Positions 40,040 through 49,811 of a stretch of 55,702 nt of DNA are shown here, piece by piece (within the stretch, counting starts at the first letter, position 1; every line of letters starts with the position of its first letter). Position numbers and translations under genes: made by a program. Where the stretch lies: NCBI GenBank assembly GCA_016928395.1, contig JAFGKV010000324.1, positions 1 to 55,702 of the forward strand, in the 5' to 3' direction. The notes beneath the pieces were generated by a model. The model was given only the letters and a program-made list of their open reading frames with translations. It was not told the DNA's origin and ran no database searches. This DNA is from Candidatus Fermentibacterota bacterium (GTDB lineage Bacteria; JAFGKV01).

Positions 40040-40211
40040 GCGATCACTCCATCCCTGGATGTCGCGACTCTCTGCTCGCTGCATGCATGCAGCACTGAAC
40101 CCGCGCACCGGCTCAGTAAACCGGCGAGGCGGTGATGCGTCCTTCCTGATGTCGGAGGAATTCCACCCGCATCGAAGTTTCGTTTCGAACTCACACCATG
40201 GAGGTTGAACC

Positions 40212-41015
40212 ATGAAGTGGCCATTCCCGATACTCGTTTGCCTTCTCATGCTAGTCGGCTGCGACAATGCGACCGAGCCCGACGACACCCTGGCCGACTC
40301 AGAGCTGGCTGAGGTAGCCGAGGGTGAGCCTGAGCTCTTCGACTACGAGGCGGATGCGGGCTACCTGGGAGCGTCTATCAGAGAAGTCCCGGGCTTCATC
40401 GCCATCTGGAGGGATTTGGTACGGCCGTTTCAAAACACGTGGATAGTGGAGCAACTGGGCGCCGGGCTCTTCCAGGTCACGAGGAATGCGGTGATCACCG
40501 GGACGCTGTACGTCGAATGGGAAGACAGCACGATCACGGACAAGGCGTTTTCGTGCAAAGGCACGAAGCGCTCCATCATATCACGGCCTGCCAGAGGTAC
40601 TCCGGGGGTGCTGGAACAGGTGTCCCCCACGCTAGTGTGGACCGAGGGCGGTGCGATGGCCATCACCCGGGTCGAGATCTCGGCTGCATCGGGAACGACT
40701 GTTGTGGATGATCCTTTGGCACTGATGGATTTTCCCGAGGGCCTTTTGCACCTGGATCCCGGGGAAGAGGTCACGGTACGCGTGTGGGGAGCGCCCCAGG
40801 ACGCGATCGTCGTGCTCAGGGTTCCCCTCACGCTGTCGGACTTCTCAGAATTCGTCATGGACTTCAGCGGCGAGTATCACGAGGGGCAATGGCATGCACC
40901 TCAGTACCCGGGTTTGCGCAGGGTGGCCATCGACGTGATGAGCCATGCGACCGTCCATGATCCGGCGGCGCCGTATGACAGTACGGCGTGGCTGTTCCCC
41001 TACGTCGTGCGCTGA
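40212..41015 (+). CDS. Lipoprotein of unknown function
   Basis: Signal peptide with LVGC lipobox; GGAGG SD. Confidence 0.8.
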   Translation: MKWPFPILVCLLMLVGCDNATEPDDTLADSELAEVAEGEPELFDYEADAGYLGASIREVPGFIAIWRDLVRPFQNTWIVEQLGAGLFQVTRNAVITGTLYVEWEDSTITDKAFSCKGTKRSIISRPARGTPGVLEQVSPTLVWTEGGAMAITRVEISAASGTTVVDDPLALMDFPEGLLHLDPGEEVTVRVWGAPQDAIVVLRVPLTLSDFSEFVMDFSGEYHEGQWHAPQYPGLRRVAIDVMSHATVHDPAAPYDSTAWLFPYVVR

Positions 41016-41030
41016 CTCTGCAAGGCGCCG

Positions 41031-41070
41031 AAACGGCTTGGCCTTGCGAAGGCTAAGCCGTTTCTTGTTT
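41031..41070 (+). terminator. Probable intrinsic terminator after the lipoprotein gene
   Basis: AAACGGCTTGGCCTT/AAGGCTAAGCCGTTT stem running into TTTCTTGTTT. Confidence 0.6.
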
Positions 41071-41113
41071 GAACAACGTGAGTTCCGCAGCGCAAAGGAG
41101 CAGACGAACGTCC

Positions 41114-41431
41114 ATGTCCGCACACGAGGAACGCATCGGGCGCCTTTTGGGCCTGGCCCGTCGAGCACACGGGCTGACCGTGGGGCTGCGTGCCACGCTC
41201 CGGGCACTCCAGCATCGTCGACTGGCCGTGATCATCGTGGCCGACGATGCATCAGCCCGGACGGTGGCTGAGCTGAGAGGGGCCACGGGCGCCACGCCCG
41301 TCGTGGTGATGGGCTCCATGGCGCAGCTGGGAGGATGGGTGGGGGCCGCGGCGGTCGCAGTGCTCGGGGTGCGGCGCGGCACCCTTGCCGCCCAGATCCT
41401 TCGGCTGGCCTCTCCCGGCGAGGCACCGTGA
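41114..41431 (+). CDS. L7Ae/L30e-family RNA-binding protein (YlxQ-like)
   Basis: LLGLARRA.GLTVG, IIVADDAS and LGGWVG...VAVLGV; AAGGAG SD. Confidence 0.82.
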   Translation: MSAHEERIGRLLGLARRAHGLTVGLRATLRALQHRRLAVIIVADDASARTVAELRGATGATPVVVMGSMAQLGGWVGAAAVAVLGVRRGTLAAQILRLASPGEAP

Positions 41432-42516
41432 AGTACGTTGCCCTCTGTTCCTACTTTCTCTGGCCATACGCCACCGGCGGGGAGCGTACAGTCGTGGATA
41501 TCCTGGCTGGGTTGCAGCGGGCAGGCCACGATGTGCTCCTACGCTACGCCATCCCGCGGGGTCTGCCGGAGCACGCCTTCCAGACGTTCTGTTCTGTTCT
41601 GCAACGATTCGAGCTGCCTCTCGATGAATGCTCGCGCCAGCGCGTAAGCTACCTCGCCGGTGAGGTTCCCGTTGAAGCGCTGGCAGTCATGACCTCTCCG
41701 CCCGCCTGGATTGGGGACTGGCTGGAGGAAGTCGCGCCAGATGTGGTGATCGTGCAGGCCAAGGATGTTATGCTTCTCCCGTCTCTCGCGGCAATCTGGA
41801 GGGGATCTGGGATTGTCCTCCTCCAGGAAACGGACGCTCTCCAGAGACTGGCCACCATGCTTACCCCCGGGGCGCTCTCGCGCATAAGGCACTCCTCGTT
41901 GGCCATGGCGGCCAGCTCTCTTTTCCTTCAGGGAGTGGCAGCTGCGGCCGGGTTCGAGTCGAGAGTTCTCTATTCCGCTTTGGTCTTACCGCCCGGTGGG
42001 GACGCAGTGTGCGCCGACGCTCCCATCACGGCATTCGGGACTGGTCACGACAAGGGTGTCGATGCGGTACTCACCTTAGCGGCGAGACTGCGCGGATCGA
42101 GATTCCGGGTGGTCATCGGGTGGAACGACCTTGTGCCGAAGGAAAGGCCTCCAAACCTTGAGTTCTCACCCTTTCGCCTGAATTCCTCGTGCTACCACCA
42201 GAGCAGCAGCCTGGTCCTCGTACCATCCCGATGCCAGGAAGGATTCGGGAGGGTGGCCCATGAAGCCATGGCGGCGGGGCGTGTGCCCGTGGTATCGGAC
42301 CGTGGAGCGCTTCCTGAAGTGGCAGGATCCGAAGGTGTTGTGCTGCCGGTTCCGGATACCGCGGACGAACTCGCACGATGGGAATCGGCCATACACGGGC
42401 TGGCCGATGTGCAAGGACTTCGATCGCGCATGCACGGGTGCCGGCGTCGGGCCGAGCACCTGACCGAGGAGAGCCGGCGGCAGTTCGCAGACCTGTTCGG
42501 GGCAGCCTATTCCTGA
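41428..42516 (+). CDS. Family 4 glycosyltransferase
   Basis: GGER, KG, LVPSRCQEGFGRVAHEAMAAG.PVV.SDRGALPE; GTGA overlap with the L7Ae gene. Confidence 0.88.
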   Translation: MKYVALCSYFLWPYATGGERTVVDILAGLQRAGHDVLLRYAIPRGLPEHAFQTFCSVLQRFELPLDECSRQRVSYLAGEVPVEALAVMTSPPAWIGDWLEEVAPDVVIVQAKDVMLLPSLAAIWRGSGIVLLQETDALQRLATMLTPGALSRIRHSSLAMAASSLFLQGVAAAAGFESRVLYSALVLPPGGDAVCADAPITAFGTGHDKGVDAVLTLAARLRGSRFRVVIGWNDLVPKERPPNLEFSPFRLNSSCYHQSSSLVLVPSRCQEGFGRVAHEAMAAGRVPVVSDRGALPEVAGSEGVVLPVPDTADELARWESAIHGLADVQGLRSRMHGCRRRAEHLTEESRRQFADLFGAAYS

Positions 42517-42591
42517 AGCCGGGCCGAGAAGATCGGTCGCGCTGGATGTGGCGTACGGCAACAACCGGGGGAAACGACGCAAGCGACACAG

Positions 42592-42620
42592 TTGACGGGT
42601 CGTCACCATTTGTTTAGAAT
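42592..42620 (+). promoter_or_regulatory. Putative sigma70 promoter
   Basis: TTGACG-17 nt-TAGAAT. Confidence 0.6.
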
Positions 42621-42703
42621 GATTCCTAGTTATCAGGCCCCTTTCATGGCGGCCCTTGCGTCTGCGGTCGCCCGAGAATGGCCACACATCGGGAGGAATC
42701 GCC

Positions 42704-43551
42704 ATGAGAACCTACGACCCGTCTCTTGTGGTAGCTGCTGTTGCCGCCATCGCCCTCATCAGCCCTACGGCCTTCGCCTTCTCCGCCGGGCCTCCCGACG
42801 GCAAGACCGGCGCTCCAGGCGAAGGAACCTGTCATCAGTGCCACGACACCTTCGCCCTGAACAGCGGTGCCGGCTCCTTTCTGATCCAGGCTCCGGCCAC
42901 ATTTCTCGCAGGGCGACCTATCAGATCGTCATCACCATCGACGATCCCGGTCAAACGCGGTGGGGATTCGAGTTCTCGCCCCTCAACCAAGGCACGTGCG
43001 CCATCACCAACCCAGATTCGACCCAGGTTTCTCTCAGCGGCGGCAACGCGTATGTGAAACACACCGCTGCGGGAACTAACGCGGGCAGCGCCGGCCCCAT
43101 GTCATGGAGCTTCGAGTGGACCGCCCCCGCGATGCCTTCGGACACTGTGTTCTTCTACGCTGCGGGCAACGGGGCAAACAACAACAACCGCGCTTCGGGA
43201 GACTACATCTATACGACGGTTGCTTGGACGGTTCTGCAAGACACCGAGCCACCCAACGCCATCACGGATCTTTCCGTCTCAATCTCCGGGGCTGATCTGA
43301 TCCTGACCTGGACAAACCCCGGTGACAATGTGGGGGTGGTTGACTACCTCCTGTTCTCATCGCCGGTGGCTTTCTTCTCTCCGGCCGGTCCGGGTTTCGA
43401 GGTAGTTTCCAACCCCCCGCACGCGGTACTGAACGCAGTGGGTGACCCGGCGGTCAACCATTTCTTCAATGTACTGGCCCGCGACGCCGCCCAGAATCTG
43501 AGTGCTCCCTCCAACTACGTGGGCGAGCTGGACTTCGGGTTGGGGCGTTGA
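42704..43551 (+). pseudogene. Secreted Reeler-like (choice-of-anchor V-like) protein with a CxxCH motif and FN3-like tail, split by a 1-nt frameshift near 42910-42913
   Basis: Signal peptide plus GPPDGKTGAPGEGTCHQCH in one frame, continuing as ATYQIVITI..RWGFE..WTAP..FYAAGNGANNN..SGD in another; adding one G to the G-run joins them. Confidence 0.75.
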
Positions 43552-43789
43552 AGGGCCGTCTCAGACCCATGGCGGATATAGTAGGAGCGGGCTGCATTCC
43601 CTGGGGAGATGGCGGCGGGATCCCCCCGACATCCGGAACCGGGGCCGTGGCATCGCCCATGCCCTTTGTCTAGCTTGCCGTCCTGCCATTGGGGATGCTG
43701 CTGCGACTCACCCGTCCCTGACTCCGGTCCGAAGGTGCACCCAAGATGAGAGGATCTTGTGCTGCAGAGGCGGCTCGCGACCTCACGGT

Positions 43790-44254
43790 CTACTTGGGAA
43801 GCATCACCACAACCGCATCATCCTCCAGGATCGCACCATAGGCCCGAAGATCCTCCTTGGCGGGGCCCTTCTGTACCTTGCCGGCCAAATCGAATCGAGA
43901 CCCATGTGCCGGGCAGTTGAGACGGCTGTTCTTGTGATCGTATTTCAGCGTGACCTGTTTGTGGGTGCAGCGTGACTCGAATGCCACCACGGAGGCATCA
44001 GAGTCACGCACGAGAAGCAGAGTGTGGCCAGCCGCTGTCACCACGGCCGAACCGCCGATTGTGAGCAGATCCTTGGCGTTGGCCAAAGGGATGGAGACTA
44101 CGGCATGACTCGCGGCTGTGTCGGGCGGCGCCGAACGAGTCGAATCCGAGGGCTCCTCGGTCTTGGGGTCTTGAGCTTCGGTCTTTGCCGGCCATACGGC
44201 CAAACCTGCCAGGCCAGTGGCGAGGTCGCGAAGCACGCGTCGCCGAGTCGTCAT
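43790..44254 (-). CDS. Rieske 2Fe-2S protein with Tat-like signal
   Basis: TRRRVL leader, CTH and CPAHGSRF ligands, GPA. Confidence 0.88.
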   Translation of the reverse strand: MTTRRRVLRDLATGLAGLAVWPAKTEAQDPKTEEPSDSTRSAPPDTAASHAVVSIPLANAKDLLTIGGSAVVTAAGHTLLLVRDSDASVVAFESRCTHKQVTLKYDHKNSRLNCPAHGSRFDLAGKVQKGPAKEDLRAYGAILEDDAVVVMLPK

Positions 44255-44423
44255 GGGGGACCTCCATGGTGAATGCTCAGGAAGTGATCAGCGTTCTCAT
44301 TACAATGTGGTATTGCTTGCGGGACGAAGCAAGGGTGCTGTCGCGTATGCTCTATCGGTAGTCGTCACCGGCCAATGGATAGTCGAGAGACGGAGGGTTC
44401 CCTACAGCCGGTCCATAAGATAC

Positions 44424-44452
44424 TTGTGTTCTTGGAGGAGTTCGCGTATATT
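44424..44452 (+). promoter_or_regulatory. Putative sigma70 promoter of the RRM gene
   Basis: TTGTGT-17 nt-TATATT. Confidence 0.5.
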
Positions 44453-44628
44453 GCTGACTCTTCATATGTCAGTTATGCAGGGGTGCACTGAGTCCGGTAT
44501 CCGTCCCGCCGACAGAACTGCTTCGGGAAACCAAGTCAGCCAAGTCCCAAGGGTGATCGCCGGAGCCATGGCGGACGATGTGTCCGCCGAATCATCGCAC
44601 CGCGAGGACGGTGCACGGAGGTTTCTAC

Positions 44629-44943
44629 ATGGCGAAGAAGCTTTTCGTCGGAGGGCTTAGCTGGAACACCACTGAGGAGAATCTTCGGAAGGCGTTCGAG
44701 GAGTTTGGCGAGGTAACCGAGGCGAAGACGATCCTCGATCGCGAGACCGGCCGCTCCCGCGGTTTCGGTTTTGTGACGTTTGCCGACTCTGAAGCGGCAG
44801 ACGCCGCCGTTGCCAAGATGAACGGCAATCAGCTCGATGGTCGCACGATCCGCGTCAACGAGGCCAATGAGCCCGAGCCGCGCGGCGAGCGTCGAGGTGG
44901 GCGCCGGGAGTTCGGTGGTGGCGGAGGTCGCAACCGCTACTAG
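44629..44943 (+). CDS. RRM (RNP-1) RNA-binding protein with Gly/Arg tail
   Basis: LFVGGL (RNP2) and RGFGFV (RNP1); GGAGG SD. Confidence 0.95.
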   Translation: MAKKLFVGGLSWNTTEENLRKAFEEFGEVTEAKTILDRETGRSRGFGFVTFADSEAADAAVAKMNGNQLDGRTIRVNEANEPEPRGERRGGRREFGGGGGRNRY

Positions 44944-44961
44944 CTCTTAGCGAAGCGCGCT

Positions 44962-44999
44962 GCGGGGCGTCGGCTACGGCCGACGCCCCGTGCTTTTTG
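44962..44999 (+). terminator. Intrinsic terminator
   Basis: 13-bp GC stem with cUACGg loop followed by GCTTTTT. Confidence 0.85.
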
Positions 45000-45066
45000 T
45001 GTCCTCCACTGAACCTGGCGCAAAGCCACAATCTGGTAGCTCAAACTCCCCCCGAGAGATCTCAGC

Positions 45067-46866
45067 CTACCTTACCGCGATCTCTGCCGCCGCCACCGGC
45101 TGGATGACCTTGAAGTGCTCCAGCACGGAGGGGTGAATCTCGCCCATCTCACCCATGACGGTTCCGTTCTGGTCTAGGATCTCAGCAGCGCGGCCCTGGA
45201 TGAAGTAGGGCTTACTGAGGGGTCGCACCATCAACTGCTGCCCGGTCTCCCTGATCAGGGCGTCCATGACCGACCTTATGTCGGCGAACCCGATCCCCGG
45301 ACCGGCGAGCACCACCCCAGCCCGCGTATGCTGGGCAACGCCAGTTTCGGCCTCCGGATCAACTCGAAGCACCGTTCCCACTTCGAAAAGACGGTGGGGC
45401 ATCTCCCGCGACGTATTCCGGGCGACTGTATCTATGAGCCCCGGCAGAATCCAGGTGCGGCCCAGGGTCTGCTCCGTGCTGATGGGGTTGGCGATGAGCA
45501 TGCATTCCTCAGGCACGGGGAGGCCAAATGGCCCATAGTGCGTCTCAGGCGATCCCAGAAGCAGGGTCATTACCTCGACATGGCCCAAACCGGCAAGGGC
45601 CCGCCGGTACGCGGCGGCGCGTTCTTCATCCGGATGGGGCTGCCCCACCGTCATGGTGGGCACCAAGGCGGGCGTGATCTTGTCATATCCGAACGCGATG
45701 GCGACTTCCTCCATGAGGTCGCGCTGATGCAGGAAGTCCGGGCGATAGCTGGGAATCAGCACGCGCAGGCTCGACGGTCCCGCCCATTCAGTCTGGTGGC
45801 CCATGCGCGCCAGGAGACCGGGGGCATCGTCGTCAGACAGATTGATGCCCAGGACTCTTCTGGTAGCCGCCATGTCCAGAATCATCTCCTGTGGCGTCAG
45901 ATCGGGAGTGAGGCATCGCTTTCCATCTGGACCGATGATTTCCACATGCTCTCCCCTGGATCCGGGCGAGAACTCGAGGATGCTGGTGACCATGACGTTT
46001 AGGCATCGGGAGACTGCCTCGACACGAGGCCCGGTCACGTCGATGAACAGGTCTCGTGATGCCGCGGTGACCTTGGACTCTTCGCTATTGATGATCGGCG
46101 GCATGGAGAGAACCTGGCCACAGGCATCGATGAGGAGCGGGTAGCGCTGGAAATCAGCCAGTGCATGCCCGAAGGCACGGCCTTTGGGATGCTCCTGCAG
46201 GATCTGCCGGGGCGTGAGTTCATTGGGCCATCCCAGGGCCCGAAACGGTGGACCATCAGGGTCAACCGTTCGGTAGGTGATTGGCGGCGTCACTGTCGCC
46301 AGATCATACACCCCGACGGAGGCGCGCCTCCGGTCGCGACCCAGGGCCCAATGAAGATTCTCCTGCAGCCGCATCAGCTCCTTCAAGAGATCATCATCAA
46401 GCTGCACATCGCGAACCACCGCGCATCCGATGGCTGGCCTGAAGCATCCAGGGCCATCAAGGCCCGGATGTACATCCACTCGGACGCACGGCGATGCCAG
46501 GTCATAGGCCGCCAGCCCAGGAGAAATGTCGAGGTAGGCCCGGAGCGCACGGGCCAGACCGCCCACATCGAACATATCGGGGCGGACGGCCAAGAGATCA
46601 AGCCGCACAACCTCCACGGGAGGCAGCGGGAGTACGGATCCCGGTGAAGAGAAATCGTTTTGGCAGTCTTCGCAGTAGCCGGGATCAGCCTCGGTGGCAG
46701 TGCGTTCAAGGACGAACCCGCACCGGGAGCACTTGAAGCGGCGCACCGTGCCGAAACCCTCGATATCGGATCCCATGCGCTGCAGCGCGCGAACCAGTTC
46801 GTCCGCCGGGACGGGGCGGCCCAGGAGGTCGTTCAGACGATGGATCGGTATGCCCACTACCGGCAT
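45067..46866 (-). CDS. pheT: Phenylalanine-tRNA ligase beta subunit, archaeal/eukaryotic type, with four-Cys insert
   Basis: RPDMF, LQENLH...GRDRRRASVGVYD, VLSMPPIINS, LFIDVTG, YRPDFLH..DLMEEVAIAFGY, NPIS and GEIHP; about 600 aa. Confidence 0.93.
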   Translation of the reverse strand: MPVVGIPIHRLNDLLGRPVPADELVRALQRMGSDIEGFGTVRRFKCSRCGFVLERTATEADPGYCEDCQNDFSSPGSVLPLPPVEVVRLDLLAVRPDMFDVGGLARALRAYLDISPGLAAYDLASPCVRVDVHPGLDGPGCFRPAIGCAVVRDVQLDDDLLKELMRLQENLHWALGRDRRRASVGVYDLATVTPPITYRTVDPDGPPFRALGWPNELTPRQILQEHPKGRAFGHALADFQRYPLLIDACGQVLSMPPIINSEESKVTAASRDLFIDVTGPRVEAVSRCLNVMVTSILEFSPGSRGEHVEIIGPDGKRCLTPDLTPQEMILDMAATRRVLGINLSDDDAPGLLARMGHQTEWAGPSSLRVLIPSYRPDFLHQRDLMEEVAIAFGYDKITPALVPTMTVGQPHPDEERAAAYRRALAGLGHVEVMTLLLGSPETHYGPFGLPVPEECMLIANPISTEQTLGRTWILPGLIDTVARNTSREMPHRLFEVGTVLRVDPEAETGVAQHTRAGVVLAGPGIGFADIRSVMDALIRETGQQLMVRPLSKPYFIQGRAAEILDQNGTVMGEMGEIHPSVLEHFKVIQPVAAAEIAVR

Positions 46867-48395
46867 AGCGGCACCTCCCTGAGCCATGCAAGGTCGGAGA
46901 GATAGAGGTCGCGGATAGAATCGAGGCCGTACCGGAACATGGCCAGGCGTTCCAGGCCCAGCCCCCATGCCAGCACCGGCACGGTGCAGCCCAGGGGCAC
47001 GGTCACCTCTTCACGGAAAATGCCGGCGCCTCCCATCTCTACCCAGTCCTTCTTCTCCTCGTGCCATACGAAAACCTCCACGCTGGGCTCGGTATACGGG
47101 AAGAAGCCGGGGCGGAACTCGAACCGCTCGAAGCCCATCTTCCGGTAGAAGGCTTCCAGGGTCCCCAACAACGACGCGAACGAAGCATGCTCATCGATGA
47201 TGATGCCGTCTACCTGGTAAAAGAGCGGAAGGTGTTTGTAGTCGACTGCCTCTCTCCGGAACACCGTACCAACGAGGAAGACTTTCCGGGGAGGGCGAGG
47301 ATCGCGGGCCAGGGCCCGGACGGTGCCAGCGGTGGTATGGGTCCGCAGTACGACCCGCCGGGCAGTGGTCTCGTCCCACCGGTAATCCCACCCCGCGGAG
47401 CCTGTTTCACCGCCATCCTCGTGGGTGCGCTGCACTCTGCGCACGAGATCCTCGGCGGGTAGGCGGGCCCCTTCCGGACGGCGGACGTAGAAGGTGTCCT
47501 GCATCTCGCGGGCAGGGTGATCCTGGGGCTGGAACAGGGCGTCGAAGTCCCAGAAGGCGCTCTCCACCAGGGGAGAGGCGACCTCCGTGAACCCCAACTC
47601 AAGAAAGACCCTCCTGGCATCGTCCAGTACTCGCCGGAGAGGATGCTCCTTGCCGGGATACAGGCGGCGGCTGGAGAGGGACACATCGTAGGGGCGGAAG
47701 TCAACCCCGCGCCATGACCCGTCGGTCAAGAGCGCGGTGTCCAGTGCGGTGACGGTTTCCCGCACGACCAGGTCTTCATCTCGGAGGGCCTTGCCTCTGT
47801 CCGTGAGCGATACCCACCACCGCCGCCGTTCTTTGGTCGCCACGACGCCGCCGCGGTTCTCCAGGCCCGCGAGGGCTTGGGCCAGGTCGATGCCTGCCGC
47901 AGCAATTGCCGAGAGTGCCCCGGAACCGCCGGAGGCCAGATGCGCGACCAGTCTTTCGTGCGCCCCGTCCGGCGGTACATGCCCTTCGCACAGGGTGCCC
48001 CGCGGGACAAGCTCTCCCCCTTCCCGGGCTGCCAGTCCCCAGTTCTCCAGTGGCTTTAGGGCTCGACCCGCTTCCTTCTGGGGGAGACCCGTCACCCTTT
48101 CCAGATCCCGCAGGGGGATTCTTCCATGAGCGGCCAAGGCCTCCATCACCGCACGTTCGGGCAGTTTTCCTCCCGGCAGCGTCTTGCCCTTTGGGCCCAG
48201 CACGTACTCGATGACGTTCTCTTCCCGTATCCCAGCGAACCCCCTCTGGGACAATGCCCTCAGCGTACCGGCTATCTGGGGATGGGACTCGCCCAGAAGG
48301 GAGGCTACTTCATCGATCTCCACATCGTGGGGCTGGGTACACAACAGCCTGACGATCTTCGCCTCCAGCGCAGTGAAGGTCGCGAGCTCGGACAT
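46857..48395 (-). CDS. pheS: Phenylalanine-tRNA ligase alpha subunit, archaeal/eukaryotic type
   Basis: Long N-terminal extension, GKEHPL, FWDFDALFQPQDHPAREMQDTF, LRTHTT, FPYTEPS and AWGLGLERLAM. Confidence 0.95.
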   Translation of the reverse strand: MSELATFTALEAKIVRLLCTQPHDVEIDEVASLLGESHPQIAGTLRALSQRGFAGIREENVIEYVLGPKGKTLPGGKLPERAVMEALAAHGRIPLRDLERVTGLPQKEAGRALKPLENWGLAAREGGELVPRGTLCEGHVPPDGAHERLVAHLASGGSGALSAIAAAGIDLAQALAGLENRGGVVATKERRRWWVSLTDRGKALRDEDLVVRETVTALDTALLTDGSWRGVDFRPYDVSLSSRRLYPGKEHPLRRVLDDARRVFLELGFTEVASPLVESAFWDFDALFQPQDHPAREMQDTFYVRRPEGARLPAEDLVRRVQRTHEDGGETGSAGWDYRWDETTARRVVLRTHTTAGTVRALARDPRPPRKVFLVGTVFRREAVDYKHLPLFYQVDGIIIDEHASFASLLGTLEAFYRKMGFERFEFRPGFFPYTEPSVEVFVWHEEKKDWVEMGGAGIFREEVTVPLGCTVPVLAWGLGLERLAMFRYGLDSIRDLYLSDLAWLREVPLCR

Positions 48396-48473
48396 GGTTC
48401 CTCCTGCGGTTCCGAAATGCGGGCCGTTCCCCGGACGGGAAGCACACAAAAGAAGGGATGGGCGTTCCGCCGG

Positions 48474-49811
48474 TCAACCCGGAGAAGTATGGTTCCACGC
48501 AGCCAGCGCCTCTTGGGCGATGGTCATGCTGTCCTCTATCGAGTCGTCCATGTTGTTGTAACAGAACTTGCCGCATCGCCCTGCCAAAGTGAGCCCAGGG
48601 AAGGCTGCCAATTCGTCCAGGACGTGTTTCAGTGCGTCTTGATATGGCAGTTCATACAAGGGATAGGCATGGGGAATCAGTGCCCGGTGTACTGCAGTCA
48701 CATCAGCAGGGCGGCATACGCCCGCGGCGTTGAGATCTCTGAGTACGCGCTCCTCCCACGCGTCCCACGGCACCGTGCGGCGCTCGGGCACCGTCACCTC
48801 GGCCACGATGCTGGCGCGGTCACGGGGCACGAGCCCCGGGTCGAAGCTACGGGGGTAGGAGGTGCGGCTCACCAGAATGTCGGGAGAGGAGAAGTAGGTC
48901 CACTGATTGCCGTCGTCGCGTACATGCCGCGCCTCGATGGCGAAAAGGGCCAAAGTGAGATGCCTCAAGGGAGCGGGCCGGCCGAGGAGCGCCTGGTAGG
49001 CTTCGGTGACGGGGGCGGTCCAGAAGACACGGTCCGCGCCATGCGCCGCGTTCGGGGTTTCCACCAGGAGTGAGCCGTTCGGTTGCAGGGAGAGACTGGC
49101 CGGGGTGTTGACGTGGATCTGTCCCCCTTGCCGCCGGATTCGGCGGACTACGGCATCATGGAAGCGATCCATCCCACCCACAGGATACAGGAACCTGGTG
49201 ACCGTGCGTTTCGGCAACAGTGCTACCCGGGCTACATCCAGGAGCGAACCTTGGTCATAGCGTTTGTCGATGATGGCGCGGTGGATGCTTCCCTGGGCCC
49301 AGGCCTCATGAAGGCCCTCGGGATCCACGTGGCAGAATTTGCGCGTGTAGTCGCGAAAGAAGACCTCGTAGAGCGTTTTGCCGTAGCGGCTGAGGATATA
49401 GGAGCTGAAGCTCTTGCCATCGAACTGGGGCTTGCGGAACATGTCCATCATACACCGGGCCAGAATCACTGGGGGCAGCTTGAACACCGAGGATGTCTGC
49501 AGCGGCCACGGAAAGAGCCTTCCCAGGAAATAGACGCTTGATTTGCGTCCGATGGTTCTATAGGCCTTTCCCAGCACCTCATGAAGATACCCCTCGACCT
49601 GGGCCGAATAGGTGTGGAAGCGCTTGGGGCCGATGTCAAATACATAGTCGCCCCAGATCAGTGAGCGGGCCAAGCCTCCGACCTTTTCCTCCCTCTCCAG
49701 CACGATGACGTGGACGCCCGAGGCGCTGAGTCTGTCCGCCAGGCAGAGGCCGGCGATGCCTGCGCCGACGATGATGGCCGATGGCGAGGGATGCTTAACG
49801 GGTTCGGGCAC
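48474..49811 (-). CDS. FAD-dependent oxidoreductase (UDP-galactopyranose mutase / protoporphyrinogen oxidase-like)
   Basis: GAGIAG, GGLARS, FDIGPKRF, FLYPVGG, AYP.Y and GRCGKF.YNNMD. Confidence 0.82.
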   Translation of the reverse strand: MPEPVKHPSPSAIIVGAGIAGLCLADRLSASGVHVIVLEREEKVGGLARSLIWGDYVFDIGPKRFHTYSAQVEGYLHEVLGKAYRTIGRKSSVYFLGRLFPWPLQTSSVFKLPPVILARCMMDMFRKPQFDGKSFSSYILSRYGKTLYEVFFRDYTRKFCHVDPEGLHEAWAQGSIHRAIIDKRYDQGSLLDVARVALLPKRTVTRFLYPVGGMDRFHDAVVRRIRRQGGQIHVNTPASLSLQPNGSLLVETPNAAHGADRVFWTAPVTEAYQALLGRPAPLRHLTLALFAIEARHVRDDGNQWTYFSSPDILVSRTSYPRSFDPGLVPRDRASIVAEVTVPERRTVPWDAWEERVLRDLNAAGVCRPADVTAVHRALIPHAYPLYELPYQDALKHVLDELAAFPGLTLAGRCGKFCYNNMDDSIEDSMTIAQEALAAWNHTSPG

